Shown piece after piece: positions 11,101 to 24,875 of a DNA stretch of 43,229 bases. The position numbers and the translations under genes were made by a program. This DNA comes from Polymyxa betae A26-41 (lineage: Eukaryota > Protista > Endomyxa: Phytomyxea). Where the stretch lies: contig RBZT01000819.1 of assembly GCA_003693705.1 (NCBI GenBank), positions 1 through 43,229 of the forward strand, written 5' to 3'. Under the pieces are notes generated by a model. It saw only the letters and a program-made list of their open reading frames with translations. It was not told the origin of the DNA and made no database searches. Within the stretch, counting starts at the first letter, position 1. Each line of letters opens with the position of its first letter.

Positions 11101-14100
11101 AATCAAGACGACGAGGACTCAGCGGGCGGTCATTAACCGGTGCTGGCACATTCATAGGCCTCAGATCAGTAAGCTTACCAGCATCTTCATCAACATCTAT
11201 CAACACAGTAAAGACAGACCACAGCGGAGAAGTCAAATCTGATACCCGTCGAATCGCGATCAGAGAAAGCATTGCTAGCATCACCATCATTTGCAATTTG
11301 CATAGGATCGTCTAAAGACAGTTCAATAACATGGCAACGTTGATTAATGGAGAAAGAGAGTTGCGGGAAAAAGGAAGTGTTCCAGCTGAAAAAGCTATAA
11401 ACCCCGAATACCTGCGATAGATTCTTCACGAATCTCTCCATCTTCAAGTTCAGAGAAATCAAATTCCCCATCTTCTATAACCGTTTGCAAAGATTGAATG
11501 AGACGCAAGTGGTCGTGCTCTTGCCGTTCAGCTTCACGACATTCATCCTCCTTAATTCGATTTTGAATAGATTGAACACAGGATACTTCGGATTCGATCT
11601 CAAATCTCAAAGAGGCCACACCTCTTTTGAGTCTTTCTCGTTTTTTGATTAAGTCCATGATCGTCCGCAGTTCGTCCATATCTGCACGAATTAACCGCAG
11701 GCGATCGTAGAACACGAATAAATCAGGGACCCCATCTTTGATAGGTCTCGAGTCACCGTGAACTGGAGTGTGCAAGGGGCAAAGAGCCATGAACGTTTGG
11801 TCTTCCTGACGCAACTCACAGCCGACGAATAAACCACAGAGCGCATGGAATTTTGCCGTGCAATCTTGAGCTGTGCAAGGAATGCAAAATCCTTCACGAC
11901 GATCGCAAACAGCGCAAACAGTGTTCGAAAATAGCCGATCACCGTTATTGCGAAATATGACAGCCCAGCGTTCGCATGTCTTGTGCCGCCACCGAGCGGA
12001 CTCGTGACGTTCGTAAGCACCGCCCATACGCGGACAGTACACACAGCTGACTTTGCGGGCACGTTGCGGTTGTGCCAGACACCGAGTGCAACGGAATTCA
12101 GAGACAGAAGAGTCGATATTGTAACATTCGCGATGGACAGCGATAGCACAGCTTACACATTTACATAACTCATCGGGTGTGGAAGAGAAACAGACAGCGC
12201 AAACATCCTGTAGGTAAGTGTCTTCACCATCCAGTACACGAGGATGAGCCAGAGATGTCGAAACGACAGCCTGGCCAGCGACAGGGGATTGGAGGCCAGA
12301 TGGAGGAGGTAACGGTTTCTGGGTCCGAGCTTTCAGACGGAGTTCTCGCTGTTTCAAGCGATCGCGTTCAGGGCCGCCAGCCCTTTGCGGAGTGTGTTCC
12401 ACGCAAAAGCAATTAAAGCACGGCTTTCCATCAGCGGATTTCACCTCCAGGAAAAGTCCGAACTCCCAAGCGCAGGTAACATGGAAGCGTTGCGGACATT
12501 CCGGATTTCTGCACGAAACTGTAACGCCACGATCTTGATTGCAGATTGTGCATTCGAGCCGATCTCCACCCAGAGCCGATTCTAAGTCTTTTATGGGCCC
12601 CATCTTGACCATATCAGCGATTCGAACTTGCGGGCACCATAACGCGCAGACGAGATGCACAGTCTGACCCTCGAAGTCACTGGATTTAAAAGCGAAACCG
12701 TCCAGTGGGCACAATGCGCACTCGGAGCCGGCAGAAGGAATACTTGCACCACAGCATGAATCACAGAGCCAATCGCCTTCCGGAATGACATTAATGCCAT
12801 AGCAGTATTTGTGGACGGCGAGTCCACAATGCTCACAGATAACGATAGGATTGACTTCATTACCCTCGGTACCGAAACAAACCCGGCATGTAGTATTGAA
12901 GTGCTCCTGAGTGAAATCTGAAGCGGCGATATCTAGATCGCGGAATCCAGCAACAAGCGACAGCCGGACAATCTGGCTGTGGCTCATATCAACATAATTC
13001 TTGTGTAACGCGACAACGTCACGGTGAAACGGCGCAGACACAGAAGGGGATTGGCCAATTTTCGCACGAATGAGCTTGCGGAATCCATCGAGCTCACGAA
13101 TCTGGGTAGCGAGGTGCTTTTGGCATTTTGTCAATTCTTGAGCAAGCTCACAGTCGATGTTCGATGTCTCCACCAGACAGAAGTTGATAATGGTTCCTTC
13201 ATAGAAGTTGGTGAAGACCGAATCCTCATTGAGAACCAATAGAGCGTAAAGTCGGCGAACTTTTTCGCAGGGAATAGATAGCTGTTCGCAAATCCAGTCG
13301 CAACTCTTATATGACGGCCAAGAAGGACGAAGGGATGTCGAGCGAGATTTGGCAAGCGGAGGAAGCATCAAAGAGAAATCAGAAGCAAACCCAAAATCTT
13401 TGGAGAGACGAAGAGCGGAAAGGCAAGGCGATTCGAAATAGGGCTGGACCTCGTCTTGCCAGAATATGTCGGCTTGTGACCGCTTGGCATCGTCAGCTGC
13501 AGCATTCTTAGCTGTAGTCTTGACAGAAGTCAGGCGGCGATTGCGCTTTTTCGAAGATGTGCGGGTGGCATCATTGGATGCATGGTTGGCGTCATGGTCT
13601 GGTACGAGACCATTTTCCAGCAGCTGACCAAAATATATGAGCAAAAACGATGTGATAAAAAAAGAAAAAGGTACAGGAAAAGGGTGGTCACGTTGATAAT
13701 CTTCTGATGAAAAAGGAAGAGAGGTGTGGGCGTTGCAGTACAGAGCGAAAGCCAGTTCAGACTGAGAGTTGACCGACGTCAGTGGTGGGACAGTAGAAAG
13801 CGGGTTCCTATACAAACATAAGCAAAGAGACTCCAAGATAAGCAAGGATTGTGACGAAAAGTCGACGGCAATGAAGTTGGAAATAAACCAAAAAATCTTA
13901 CGAAGGGTCTTTCAAATCATAAATTTCGACCCGGCGCTTGTCTTTACGAGCACAACGGACATGGTAGAACGAATTACAGTCCGTAGCAGCACAATCGCAG
14001 CAGAAACCAACGGCATCATGACAAAACTGACACTGGCGATCTGGATCATCCAGTAGCAACCGATCGAGCCCTGATACACCATCCAGTGACGACGGTTTTA

Positions 14101-15570
14101 AAAAAACGGCCTAAAAAATAGCCAAAATTAGATAATGCTGAAAGACTGAAAATAAAAGCAAGGCAATGTTCGGAGAAACAGAATTTAACTCTATCACCTG
14201 GTGGCTCCAAAGAGCACAAACGACATGAACCCAGTCACCATTGGCGGCCTGTTTCAAGGCACCATCGGTATCAGCGCATAAGATGCACTTTCCGGGACGA
14301 TCAGAGGAGCACGCTGAGTGCACAATCAACTTTCGATTGGTAAAAAAAACTAGGCTCTCACATTGGCAAAACCATTGATTCTCAGGAATAGATTGAATCC
14401 CGTAACAATTTTGGTGGACAGCAACTTCACAGCCATCACAGATCACGATGTCATTGTTCTCTGATGCAGAATCATGTCCACATACGTCGCAAATAGCATC
14501 TTCCTCGCGAATCTGCGAAAGAAAAGCCCCTTGAGAAAAGAGAAAGGAAAAGAACTATTGTTGAGAAAAGGGCACGAAACCACAAAAGCGCTGCGAGCGA
14601 AACCTTGTTTAACGGCAAGGATTCAGAACCTACTCGCGTCATAATCATAATACAAGGGTGGGGGCAATGAGGGTGATTCAAACAAAAAAGAAGGGTTTTC
14701 GAACCTTAGTGACGCAAGGGGCTTTAAAATTTCGTGATTTCCGGGTCAATTGCTTGTGCTTGGGGCAGATGGATGTAGCCACAAAGGTTCCATCCTCATT
14801 CAAAACAATAGACAACTGGAGCCCGTGCTGACAGGCACATACTAGATGGAACGGGGTGCAACATTTGCCCATTGTACACTGAACGCAGCCTCCAGTCTTC
14901 TTACAGAAAATGCACCGTAGGCTTGAACGTTTGGTAGGAATATCAGCAACACCGACAATGACATCTCCTGGGGCACAGCTTATCAATTCAAAAGCGATAA
15001 CATGAGAACTAAACCACAAAATCCAATGAAATGAACAAAAAGCAAATTCGTTAACAGCAGGCGATGCAAACGATGATTGGCCTAAACATACTGTTCGAGA
15101 AATAAGTTTCCGGAGTCCAATAAGCACAGCACACATGGGCCCATCCATCGTCATCGGTGGGTTTCAAGGCACCTAAATCAGAAAATCAGTGTGAGGACGA
15201 AAGTGAAAATACAACAGAAAATTCTAACACCGGAAAGGACATTGCTGAATGATGGAGTGACAAATGCGTGTAATGCCAAAAATAAAAAATAAAAATAGAG
15301 AGAAATCGGAAACGGACCTCCAGGCATCGCGCAAATGCCACATGTGATAGTTTCCCGAACGGCAGGGCTCACAGCGGCACACGGAGCACAAATCCAAGTT
15401 CCAGGATTCACCTCTTTATCCGGTTCGTAACAGTGGGCGTGGACCAGTACAGAGCATTTTGCACAGGCCATAAGCGGTTCCTCGCCATTACGAAGACAAC
15501 AACCGCAGATCTGCAATTCAGAGAAAGGAATCCGTCGAACTGCGGAACGAGACGAAACAGCAAGGCTCAT
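5187..15570 (-). CDS. Giant multi-exon chromatin protein (~2,900 aa): 4 PZP (PHD-Zn knuckle-ePHD; BRPF/JADE/AF10-type) modules, coiled coil, 7 Myb/SANT-like repeats in acidic low-complexity linkers, C-terminal chromo-barrel (Tudor-knot)
   Basis: Phase-consistent GT-AG splicing links the ATG at 15570 to the TAA at 5187 over ~18 coding exons. PZP examples: [32 protein letters not shown]...[19 protein letters not shown] and [32 protein letters not shown]...[11 protein letters not shown]...FHVTCA...FCVEH. Myb-like consensus is W/Y..EEL.YL......dW..ia..m..kFG...R.Y....l..kW. The terminus [30 protein letters not shown] is MRG15/Esa1-like. A probable 5'UTR intron lies at ~15581-15910. Confidence 0.85.
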
Positions 15571-18396
15571 AATCGTTAACCTACATACTTTTCAGATCAA
15601 CCACACACAACGCACACTAAGAATATAAATTGACTCAAAAGCAATAAGGAAAATTCTAGACCAAAATTTTTCTCAGAATTCGTAATCAAAAAAAAAGAAG
15701 TTGAATTTTTATACAAGATGAATTTCACCAAAAATCCACATGACTCACTGGAAAACATAAAAATCGAAAAAGAATTGTAAACACTTTTCTTCCATAGATG
15801 TGACAAAGCCCACAGACAGATAACAATATAATAACAAGCGTTCAAAAATACGCTTGCAGAAATACGACTTCCGATGCAAAGAGCGAACAGCTGAAAAATA
15901 ACCGATATACCGCAGATCGGGATTACAGCAATTGACAAAGAAAGTATCTCTGTCCCAAAATGCCCATGGAAGACTGGGAGGACAGACTACCGAGGTTGCA
16001 GCGAGCGCAGAAGCGTTCGGCGTCCTTGGAAGCGTTACAACAACGAGCACCGATCGAGAGCGCTGGCGTCGGCCGGCGGCGCGTTCCGATGCCCAAAATC
16101 AAAGGCGAGGCGACGACCACGAAAAAAAGCACAAGAGTGGCGCTTTTATCTTTGCGCAACCCGTTTAAAAAGGGCGCAGCCCCCGGAGAAAATGGAATCG
16201 CACGAGTTGGCTAAATTTGCGCAGCCTAAGGGGCCACGCTTTTACTTTCACGGTTAGACGAATACAGCTCAAAACACAACACATTTGGCGCTCGCGCCAA
16301 ACTGCTTTAATGGAACGATCTGGGTGCAGCTACTGTACTCGGCTGCTCCCTTGAACGGACTTGAAAAAGATCGATCATTTCCTTTGCCACTTTCTTTGAA
16401 AATTCAATTAAGTATGAAATGGGGTTTGATAAGTTGTCATATAGCAAACTTCAAAATGACCGGTTTGGCCGCTTCCATGCTCTGGTCGTATTAGTGAACT
16501 CCATTGATTTTCTGAAAAAGTTTTTCAGAAGTGTTGTTTGAAATTTGTTAGAACGCCACCAAAAGCTATTCTGCCAATCATTTCCATTATCGCTCGAAAT
16601 GGAGTCTCAATGCAATCCCAAACGATTTTTAGCCATCGAGATCATACATATTACCACAAAAGATAAGTTTGTCCACCATTTTTTCCATTAATGTGAGCAT
16701 TGATATATACAACGGAGCTATGATCAAGGAATTGCAATCATCATTAATGTGCATATTAATATGTTCCTGATCCTTAAGAATTTTTGGTTATCGATTTCAA
16801 CAATTGATCCTCATAATTTAAATTCCACCAAAAAAACTTACAACAAATAGAGCCTTTATTGAGCATCTGTGGGAATCTTGGCTTTATCTCATCCTGCTGC
16901 ACACATGATCAAAGTGAAAACCGCAAAATACATGAACTCAAACGATTAGAATTTCACAAATCTTATCTGGAAAGTGCGAGGCTAAAAATAGCTTCGGATG
17001 ATGAGAGACTTGAGAGTTTGCGATTCATTTGGAGCGCCTCACTGAAACAGTTGAATTTCGCTGCGCACCGAAACTCGGTGATAAAAGCACTAGTGGGCCA
17101 TTCGCTGAATTTTTGCAACAGGCAGCCCTACTTTGTAATGGAAAATCCATAATTTTTTTAGAAGAAATTTAGTTCCGATTTTCTCACCATTCCGTCGATC
17201 CAATCAGAAATACACCAATCTATTTCTGTAATTCGATCAGGCCAGCAAGTTCCCATGACTAATAGCATTGCTGAAAGAGTTGCTGAACCATAATTCATGG
17301 CCTCGACCATTGCTATTTGGTTTTTTTCGGCTAATTAAGCCTAGATCCCGCCTACTTCCTCATCAACCATAGTTGGAAGGTTAGCAAAGTTGCTATAGAT
17401 TCGTCTTAAGAACCGACCCAAAAATGGAACAAAGATTGATAGGCGGTGATCCAGCTTAGCACTGTGTTTTTTGTTGTTCAAGGAAATCGTTGAAAACTCT
17501 CTGAGAGCAACAATGCATACTTCACCAATCTACTGAATTCATCAGTGATATATCGTTTGTTTACTATCATTTATCGTGGTATTCAAGGAGTTTGCTGACA
17601 TTCTCATTATGTTTGATTGGATAGAGCTTGAATGTTGAATGTTCCAGATGGTTCAAGGCTGAACCACAAGTGAAAGCGGAACAAATTGCAGAAGCAAGAG
17701 CTTGTTCAGCACCTTCAGTACTGAGCATAGACTGCATTTATTTGCTCGTTGTCGCATGCTCGATGGGTATCCAATGCCTACAACATGAATTCAAGCATTC
17801 TGACAGGAAACTTTACCCAGCTGATATCACGAATCCAAACCGAGCTTGTAAGAAAACAAGAGCCTTTCGCTGATAACAACGGACGCCAGAGCTTAATCAC
17901 GCTTCGCAAGGATACCGTTTGGCTGAACCAAGATAAGATATTGGAGAGATATATGAGTTAACCCAACCATTGATCCCAAGGGATTTTGCCAAGATGCGCT
18001 CTGCTTTATTCGGATGAAAGCTGCATATCGGCTGATTCAAAGCATACATCAATTGAAATTTCTGGCAAACACAATAATGTGTTCAAAAATTGATACTCTG
18101 TGACGCCGCCATCGAAACCGATAGGAAATCATGTAAGGGAAATACTTCCTCTATACAGAAAGCCGAGTCCAATTATGGCTGCATAACGACTGAATTTTTC
18201 GACGATGGGCAACAAGCAAAACTTGTGTTGAAGGAGGCTTCTCTGGCTTGCAACACATGAAACCGTTTGCCCAGAGGCAAGATCAACTGGTACACCGTTG
18301 TTTTCTATTACAACTTCAATGAGGTCTTGACATTGCAGAATCCACCTTCTAAGGCCCCATTCACTTGAACTCTGATAGGATTAGGAAGGAGCATCT

Positions 18397-21300
18397 ATGA
18401 TAACCAATGGAGAGGGGCCTCCACACGCCGTCCACCGTCGCCATTCTTCTAAAGAACTAGGCGATGCAGTGGAGAGGAAGTCGAAATCGCGAAACTCTTC
18501 CGGGGAGTTTGCAACAAAGAAATCGAGAGGCTCGGCAATCGATGCTGGTGACCGCAAGCCCAAGGAGTCCAATTTAGATGGTGGCGCCGAGCGCAAATCC
18601 AGGAACTCCAGCCAGCGAAGCTCGCTGTCGATAAGTGCAGGGATGAAGACGTATAGAGAGCAGGCAGGGTCGAAGATGGCGGCCATAGCGATAGTCGCTC
18701 GCGAGAAAATGTCTGTCCATCAAACCGAACTCGCCGAATTGATTCGATACCTTGCTTTTCTCATTCTGTTCGCGCTGGTTGTGTTCCTCCGCTCTCCACA
18801 GGATCTACCTGCGTTTTGGAATCAAGCGTTGCGTGCAAGGTGAACGATCATTTCGGTTTCTTTTCATTCTTTTGTTACTTCTTGATGTCTTTACAAACGC
18901 CTTGAGTTTCTTACTAGGATGGTGATTCATTATGTTAATGTACTGTTTTCTGGTCGGATTCTGATGGTTCGCTCTTTCTATAGTAATGCTTATAGAACAA
19001 GCTCTGACTAATAATGCATTCGAAGTTTTATCTCCGTTTTTGTTGACCTTCAATGGGGACATTCTTTGTTTTATCTAATGTTCTGATCGGTTTTTTGGTT
19101 TCTAACTGACTTCAGTTTAGATTTACGCCTGCTGCCTCTACACTCGATGATATTCGAATTTCACACGTCAATTTTGCCAATGTCACAACTAAGGCTACAT
19201 TTTGGCTTTATATGTACAATGTGCTTGCTCCTGCACTTAAATCAGATAGTCCTCCAAATATGTTCATACGCAGCTCTCTTGTGGGCAGTATTCAGCTCCG
19301 TCAGGTATGGTCTTATCATCTTACAATTCCGAATCGTCTTAGAGGAATCTGTTCTTCATAAATATGAAGAACATCGTTGTGTTTGGCATTTTTGTTCTAT
19401 TCTTTCACCCAAGCGGATTCAATTTTATCACATGTTTCCAGCTCCATTCTTTCTGTACTAAATATTCAAACAAATAGGTGCGTTCAGAGCCTCGAGGTTG
19501 TCCCTATTCAGTTTTGGTCGACGATCCCTCAGCTTCGTGCTTTGACACGTCTTCTTGGACTGCCTCCAAATCCAAATATGGAGGCCCCAAAGGTGACATG
19601 TTTGTCTGGACTCCACAGCCACAATACGATGTGAACCGATTTTTACTGGCCCCTGATACGAATTTCGGTTCCGGTGGATTCGTTGCGTACCTTTCGACGA
19701 CACCAAATGTTTCGCGATCCACTCTACAAGATCTCTACTCGAACGGGTATGATTATTTGAGTTATTTGTATATCTGTCATAAACTCAGAAATCTTTGCAC
19801 AAATGCATGTTATTGTCTTATTTACTCAAGTAATTTCTGATATTTTCTGCTGCCTTTGCCCCCTTTTTTTTCGTCATCATTTGTCAAGTCAACCCTGAAA
19901 AGCATTCTAATTTTTCTTATGCAGATTTGTCGATGACCACACTCGAGCTGTGTTTGTTGACTTTACTCTGCAAAACCCTGCTGCATCATGGTTTTGTATG
20001 GTTCGTCTCTTGTTTGAGATGCCGCCTTATGGCGGCGTTCGGCCATCCAGCTATTTTCGTGTCACTGACGGTACGATAGTTTTTTCATTCTCTTTTCATC
20101 AAATCTTCTAACGGTTGCATAGTGAGATTATACGACACGTCCTCGGACCACATCATTACCTGTATCGAAGCTTTGTTTATAGCGCTATTTCTTCAAATAG
20201 GTCTGGTTACATGGAGAGAGATGAAACGAGGTTTTCTTGTATTCTTCTCGACGGTCTGGGGCCCAATCGATTTTCTCAATATGCTCACATTTGGAATTAT
20301 TATCATTATGTCTATCATTTTTCGAATCTCTATCGGGATCCTATATTCACGGCTTCAATCTGATCCTTATGTCGACTGGCAAAGCGCAGCATACACCAGA
20401 AATCAGATTTACAACCTGTCTGCTTTCAACGCTGTTCTTACTTGGATTAGGGTATTTGCAAATTTCACATCCATTTTTTTCTTATATTCCAAGCGGCTAT
20501 GTTTATTTTCGCTTCCCACGCTTTCCTTGAATTATGGTTTCACTGATTGCTTTGGGGCAGGTCTTGAAGTATCTTCGACTTTCTCGTCGGCTCTCGATGT
20601 TAGAGCGTGTTTTTTCCAATGTTCGCTTCGAGCTTCTTGCTTGGACCCTTCTGTTCATCATCATCTTTACAGGATTCTCACAGGTCTGACTGGTTTATAT
20701 TCGAGCTCGCTTTAATAACTATCAATTGATTGGTTTCGGCTATGACCTCTGATGTCAATTTGTTTTTTCAGTAGTCAGTACCGAATATCCATTTATTAGC
20801 GGATATAGGGATTTTTTCTGGCTTTCCGTGATTCAATCTCCAAATACGAGACAATCTTTGTCGCAATGACGACATTATTTCATGGAGTGTACGGTGATCT
20901 TAAACTGGACAGCCTGCAGACCGAGGGCGCTTTTTTAGGCCCATTGTTATTCGTCATTTTTATCTTCGTTATCTGCTTTCTTATGATGAGCATGTTTCTA
21001 GCGTAAGCTTTCTTGCATGCGCTTGTGATTCGGCTGAAAGTTTGAGATAGGATTCTTCAAGGAGCTTGGATGAAGACTGAGGAGGAAGTGGCAGATGGAC
21101 AGGATGACTTAGCAGCTGCCTTGCAGTTTGCGATCTCGAATGCTAAAGACAACGCCAAAAAGCAAGGGTTTAAGCTGCGAAACCTTATGGTTCGTCAGCC
21201 AAAACCACCGAAATCACCGCGACGCATTACGAAACCGCTGCAATCGCCTCGCCGCTCGCCACGCCATAAGGAAAAGACCCAGCGGTTATGGGGGTCACTG

Positions 21301-21972
21301 AAAACCGGTCAAGCGTTGCCACACCACCTCTTAACGCCTGACCATGCGCAATCTCCTCGTTCTCCTGAACGATTTTCTGAAACAGCGCTCTCGCCTGCTT
21401 TTGCTTCCTCAGAAACGCCAGCGTTTTCACCTAGGGTCTCGGCTCCGGCATTGCAATTACCTCAGCATTCGCCTCGTTTGCTGCCGGATGCAGCAATAGT
21501 TCCAGCTCCTGCAAGGCCTTTTCTCGAAGCAAATTCGAGGCAACCTGAAACTCCAAAACAATCACTTGCACCGAACAGTATTGCACAAGCTTACATTTCA
21601 ACTAGAACTGATTCTGGTACCAATGACCGAGGGACACCATCAGACAGCAGAAGACCTTCCCGAATGTCACTTCTGCTGACTCCTCGCCAGGTACTGTGGA
21701 AAATTGAGCCTTTTAGACTATACTTTTAGCATTTATGAAATCGTTGCACATCTTGTTGTGCTCCCTCTACTTCTATACTCCTGACGTTGCTTTCTTAAAG
21801 TTCATATTTCACACGCGCTTTGTTCCGTGTTTGTCGTGATTATGGCTTTCCGTATCTATTTCTGATTTTTGCTGGGTTTTAGGTTCAGATTCTATCACAA
21901 GCACTGCAGACTTTGCAAGTTGCGGATCCAGAATCAGAATCTGATGATGATAAGTCCCTGCCCATTAGATGA
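18397..21972 (+). CDS. Polycystin-2 (PKD2/TRPP) family cation channel, multi-exon
   Basis: Spliced product includes ELIRYLAFLILFALVVF (S1), GSIQLRQ|VRSEPRGC, FGSGGFVAYL, FVDDHTRAVFVDFTLQNP...VRLLFEMPPYGGVRPS (TOP domain), SAFNAVLTWIR|VLKYLRLSRRLSML, the pore LFHGVYGDL, S6 LGPLLFVIFIFVICFLMMSMFLAIL, and a long Ser/Pro-rich tail. The start codon is uncertain. Confidence 0.92.
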
Positions 21973-22191
21973 GGGCCTACCTCCATTCATAGGCGGAACC
22001 GACGATGATGCTTATGGCGTTTGGGGTACCGGCGAGCTCTTCGCCGCCTACGACATATACTAAATACATATAGTCTCGATACAGTAGAGAGTAGATATTC
22101 TAGTATAAAATACAGTCATTAAAAATTCCTGTATTTAGCAGTTACCATTGTCCTAATTACCTGATACGTTGTATTTAGTGCCAACAAGACA

Positions 22192-22264
22192 GTCCGGTTG
22201 GTGTAGTGGTTATCACACCTGTCTCACACACAGGAGGTCGCCAGTTCAATTCTGGCATCGGACA
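22192..22264 (+). tRNA. tRNA-Val (anticodon CAC)
   Basis: GTCCGGT TG GTGT AGTGGTT ATCAC A CCTGT CTCACAC ACAGG AGGTC GCCAG TTCAATT CTGGC ATCGGAC A, with T-runs downstream. Confidence 0.96.
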
Positions 22265-23199
22265 AAACTTTTATTTTTCGATCTACCTACCTCAATGTCT
22301 CAGTTTGAAACGGCATGCATTGTTCATCTATGATCTGTACTTTTGATTCTGTACAGCAGAGCCTATTCGAAAGCGCCTTCCTTGCGCGTAAACATAAGGA
22401 AAACATAGGGTAGCTATACTCGACTTTCCGAATTCCATTTTGTTATCGTGATCGTCATGGAGAGCAGCACCTATCAATCGGAACGAAGACGATCAGGCTT
22501 CTGTAATCGGTTCGCTTAGATTGTCCTGCGGTGCTTTTACAGAAATTCCATTATTCAACCCCAGGATTAGCATGCTGATAAGGCAAACCCTCCAGGGTGC
22601 ACCGGGTGACAGCGATTTGCTTTCTGCAATAATAGATTTTTGAACACAGCCACAATATGGAGCGTATGTTTTGCAGTCAAGTATTGAGTTAAAAACGATG
22701 ACGACTAGCACGAAACAAGCCGGCAGAAAATCCCCTTCAAACAGTTTAGCAGCCGAATTGGAATTTTCTGCTTTTAACATTTCAACATAGCTGGTCAGCG
22801 GCAAGCATGAGTGCCTTACATTGACATTTTGGGTCTGTTAGATCGTTCATCACGTTTGTTATACATTAGCCGTCGTCACTCTTCCAGATATCAGATTTAC
22901 GTTCAGTGGGGCTGCCGGCGGGCTGACTTCTTGGATTGGCAGCCTAGGGATCATAATAGTCTTGCCCAGGTCTCAGAAAATTTTAGAAAGTCACTAATGG
23001 ATAAACCGATTGGCAGCTAATGGGTCAATACAGAAAAGCAACTGAATTTTATGCATATGCTACACCTATATAGTCCCTTGAAATCGGAAACCTTTGTTGT
23101 AGCAATCTGTAATAAGAAAAAATACGCCATTTGAGCAATCACATTACAGATATATGTAGAGTTCACTAAAGAATATATAAAATTAATTAATCTTGATGT

Positions 23200-24875
23200 T
23201 CACATTAACTGTATCTCCTCATCGCTCATGAACTGCAGAGATTCACTATGTTCTCGAGGATAGACCCTGCGCTCCCAAGTTGTAGTGTCAAAATAGACAT
23301 ACGTCCCGGCAGGATATCCCAACTGAGCCATGGCAACGTCTGATGGCCTTGCGAACCACAGCTTAAGTTCAGGATGATACTTCCATTCCCTGGCATAGAG
23401 CTCCTTGGCGGCAAAAACCTTCAGCAATTAAGTCTAGAGAAGAACAAAAATCGAAAAGGAGATCCCACGAGAAAGAATGTCTTTATATGAGGAAAAAGCA
23501 CAGGTGTATGACGAACCTCACAACAAAAATGCAACAAAAGGTAAAACTGGGATCTTTTGAAAATGATCTGACGATATTGCTGACCTGGAGCATATCTTTT
23601 GGCATATTATAAAAAATATAAAAAAGGGTTTCTAGCTGGAACTTGGACAAATGGCTAGTTTTCAGAGCTGGAGGCTGCCGATAATAACAATAAGGTAAGA
23701 TATAATCAGGCTCCCGCCTGGAAGGACCTTCGGCCCAAGGAGAAGCGAAAGTAGGATATAGAACCTAAGTAGCAGCAAATTTAATTTCCAATGAATTGCA
23801 TAACTCGATAAATGAGCGAGCTTGAGAAAAAAAATCATGAATCGAAGTAAAAGAGTTATAAAACAGAAACGATACCTCATTCGAATTCAGATTTAGACCA
23901 AGAGTAGTCAAGTCCATACCCAAAGCCAGAGCATTTCTGTCAGCATCCGTCATTCGAATTACGCCAAGCAGTCCTTGCAGGCCAAAATGATTTCTGGGAC
24001 TTTTCTGTTCGTCCTTCACTTCCGACGACGGTTGATGTGGAGCCTGAGCAGCTTGTTGCTGTATCCGGTTCGTCACGATGGTTGCCCCCAAAGCAGGAAA
24101 CTCGACCTCGTTATTCCTAACAGCCACGATTGGGCTTGAGCTGATAACAGTCGCAGTAAGGAAAATAAACTTCAGACCACTGCCGTGCCACCAAGCAGAA
24201 ATGTCAAAAAAAGGAGAACCTTATGGCAAATCCTGGTTGCTGAACGTGGCCATATTGCGGTGGAGTGGGAGGAATAAGGGTTCTTGGAGGAGCAGAAGTC
24301 TTGCCCGAAGTTGCAGCCGTCGAGCCCAACGCCGGAAAGTCTTCGCTCATGTCAAAGACGGGAGCCGTCGTCTGATGTTGCTGTGAAGCAGCATGAGGCA
24401 GCATATGACCAGCGCCTTTACTTAGGATCGCCAAATCCCGTTGTGCGTTTGTAGTATAATAATGGTCGTTGGGGTCTTGATAGTTGAGCATGGCATCATC
24501 TAGAAAGAGACTTATAACGATGAAGAAAACCAGACGATTGAAAGCCGGCATTAATTTAGAAAGGCGAGAATATACAGCAAAGTCTGCAAACGGTACGAAA
24601 AATCTCAGTGCATTCAAGCGAATAGACTTTACCAGCAAACCATAGAGTGCAAGAGAGTTAATAAATGATAAAAGATAGCTAAATAGATAATAAACTCGAC
24701 GATCACGACGCATACTGTTATAAAGTCGCCTCGAGTATAGACCACTGTATCCATTAACGTCCTGATTTGGAGGTGGTTGACTGGCCTGGGGCGGTGGTTG
24801 TGTTTGTTGCTGCTGCCATGCAGCCGCAGCATTAGCCATCATCAGGTCCCTGGATGAGGGCTTTCTGCTTGCCAT
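23200..24875 (-). CDS. CNOT2: CCR4-NOT complex subunit NOT2 (NOT-box protein), 5 exons
   Basis: FGLQGLLGVIRMTDADRNALALGMDLTTLGLNLNSNE|VLYPTFASPWAEGPSRREPDYILPYCY...LSKFQLETLFYIFYNMPKDMLQ|VFAAKELYAREWKYHPELKLWF. The N-terminus is low complexity with two (D/E)FPALG motifs. Confidence 0.93.

Noticed and set aside
5226-14056. Numerous plus-strand ORFs
   Set aside because: Antisense shadows of the large minus-strand chromatin gene.
14605-14630. Possible 26-nt micro-exon in the PZP gene
   Set aside because: Including it introduces an in-frame TAA; direct splicing from 14705 to 14512 keeps the frame.
22493-23020. Short ORFs between tRNA-Val and CNOT2
   Set aside because: No recognisable motif, no convincing start codon and no consistent splice model.
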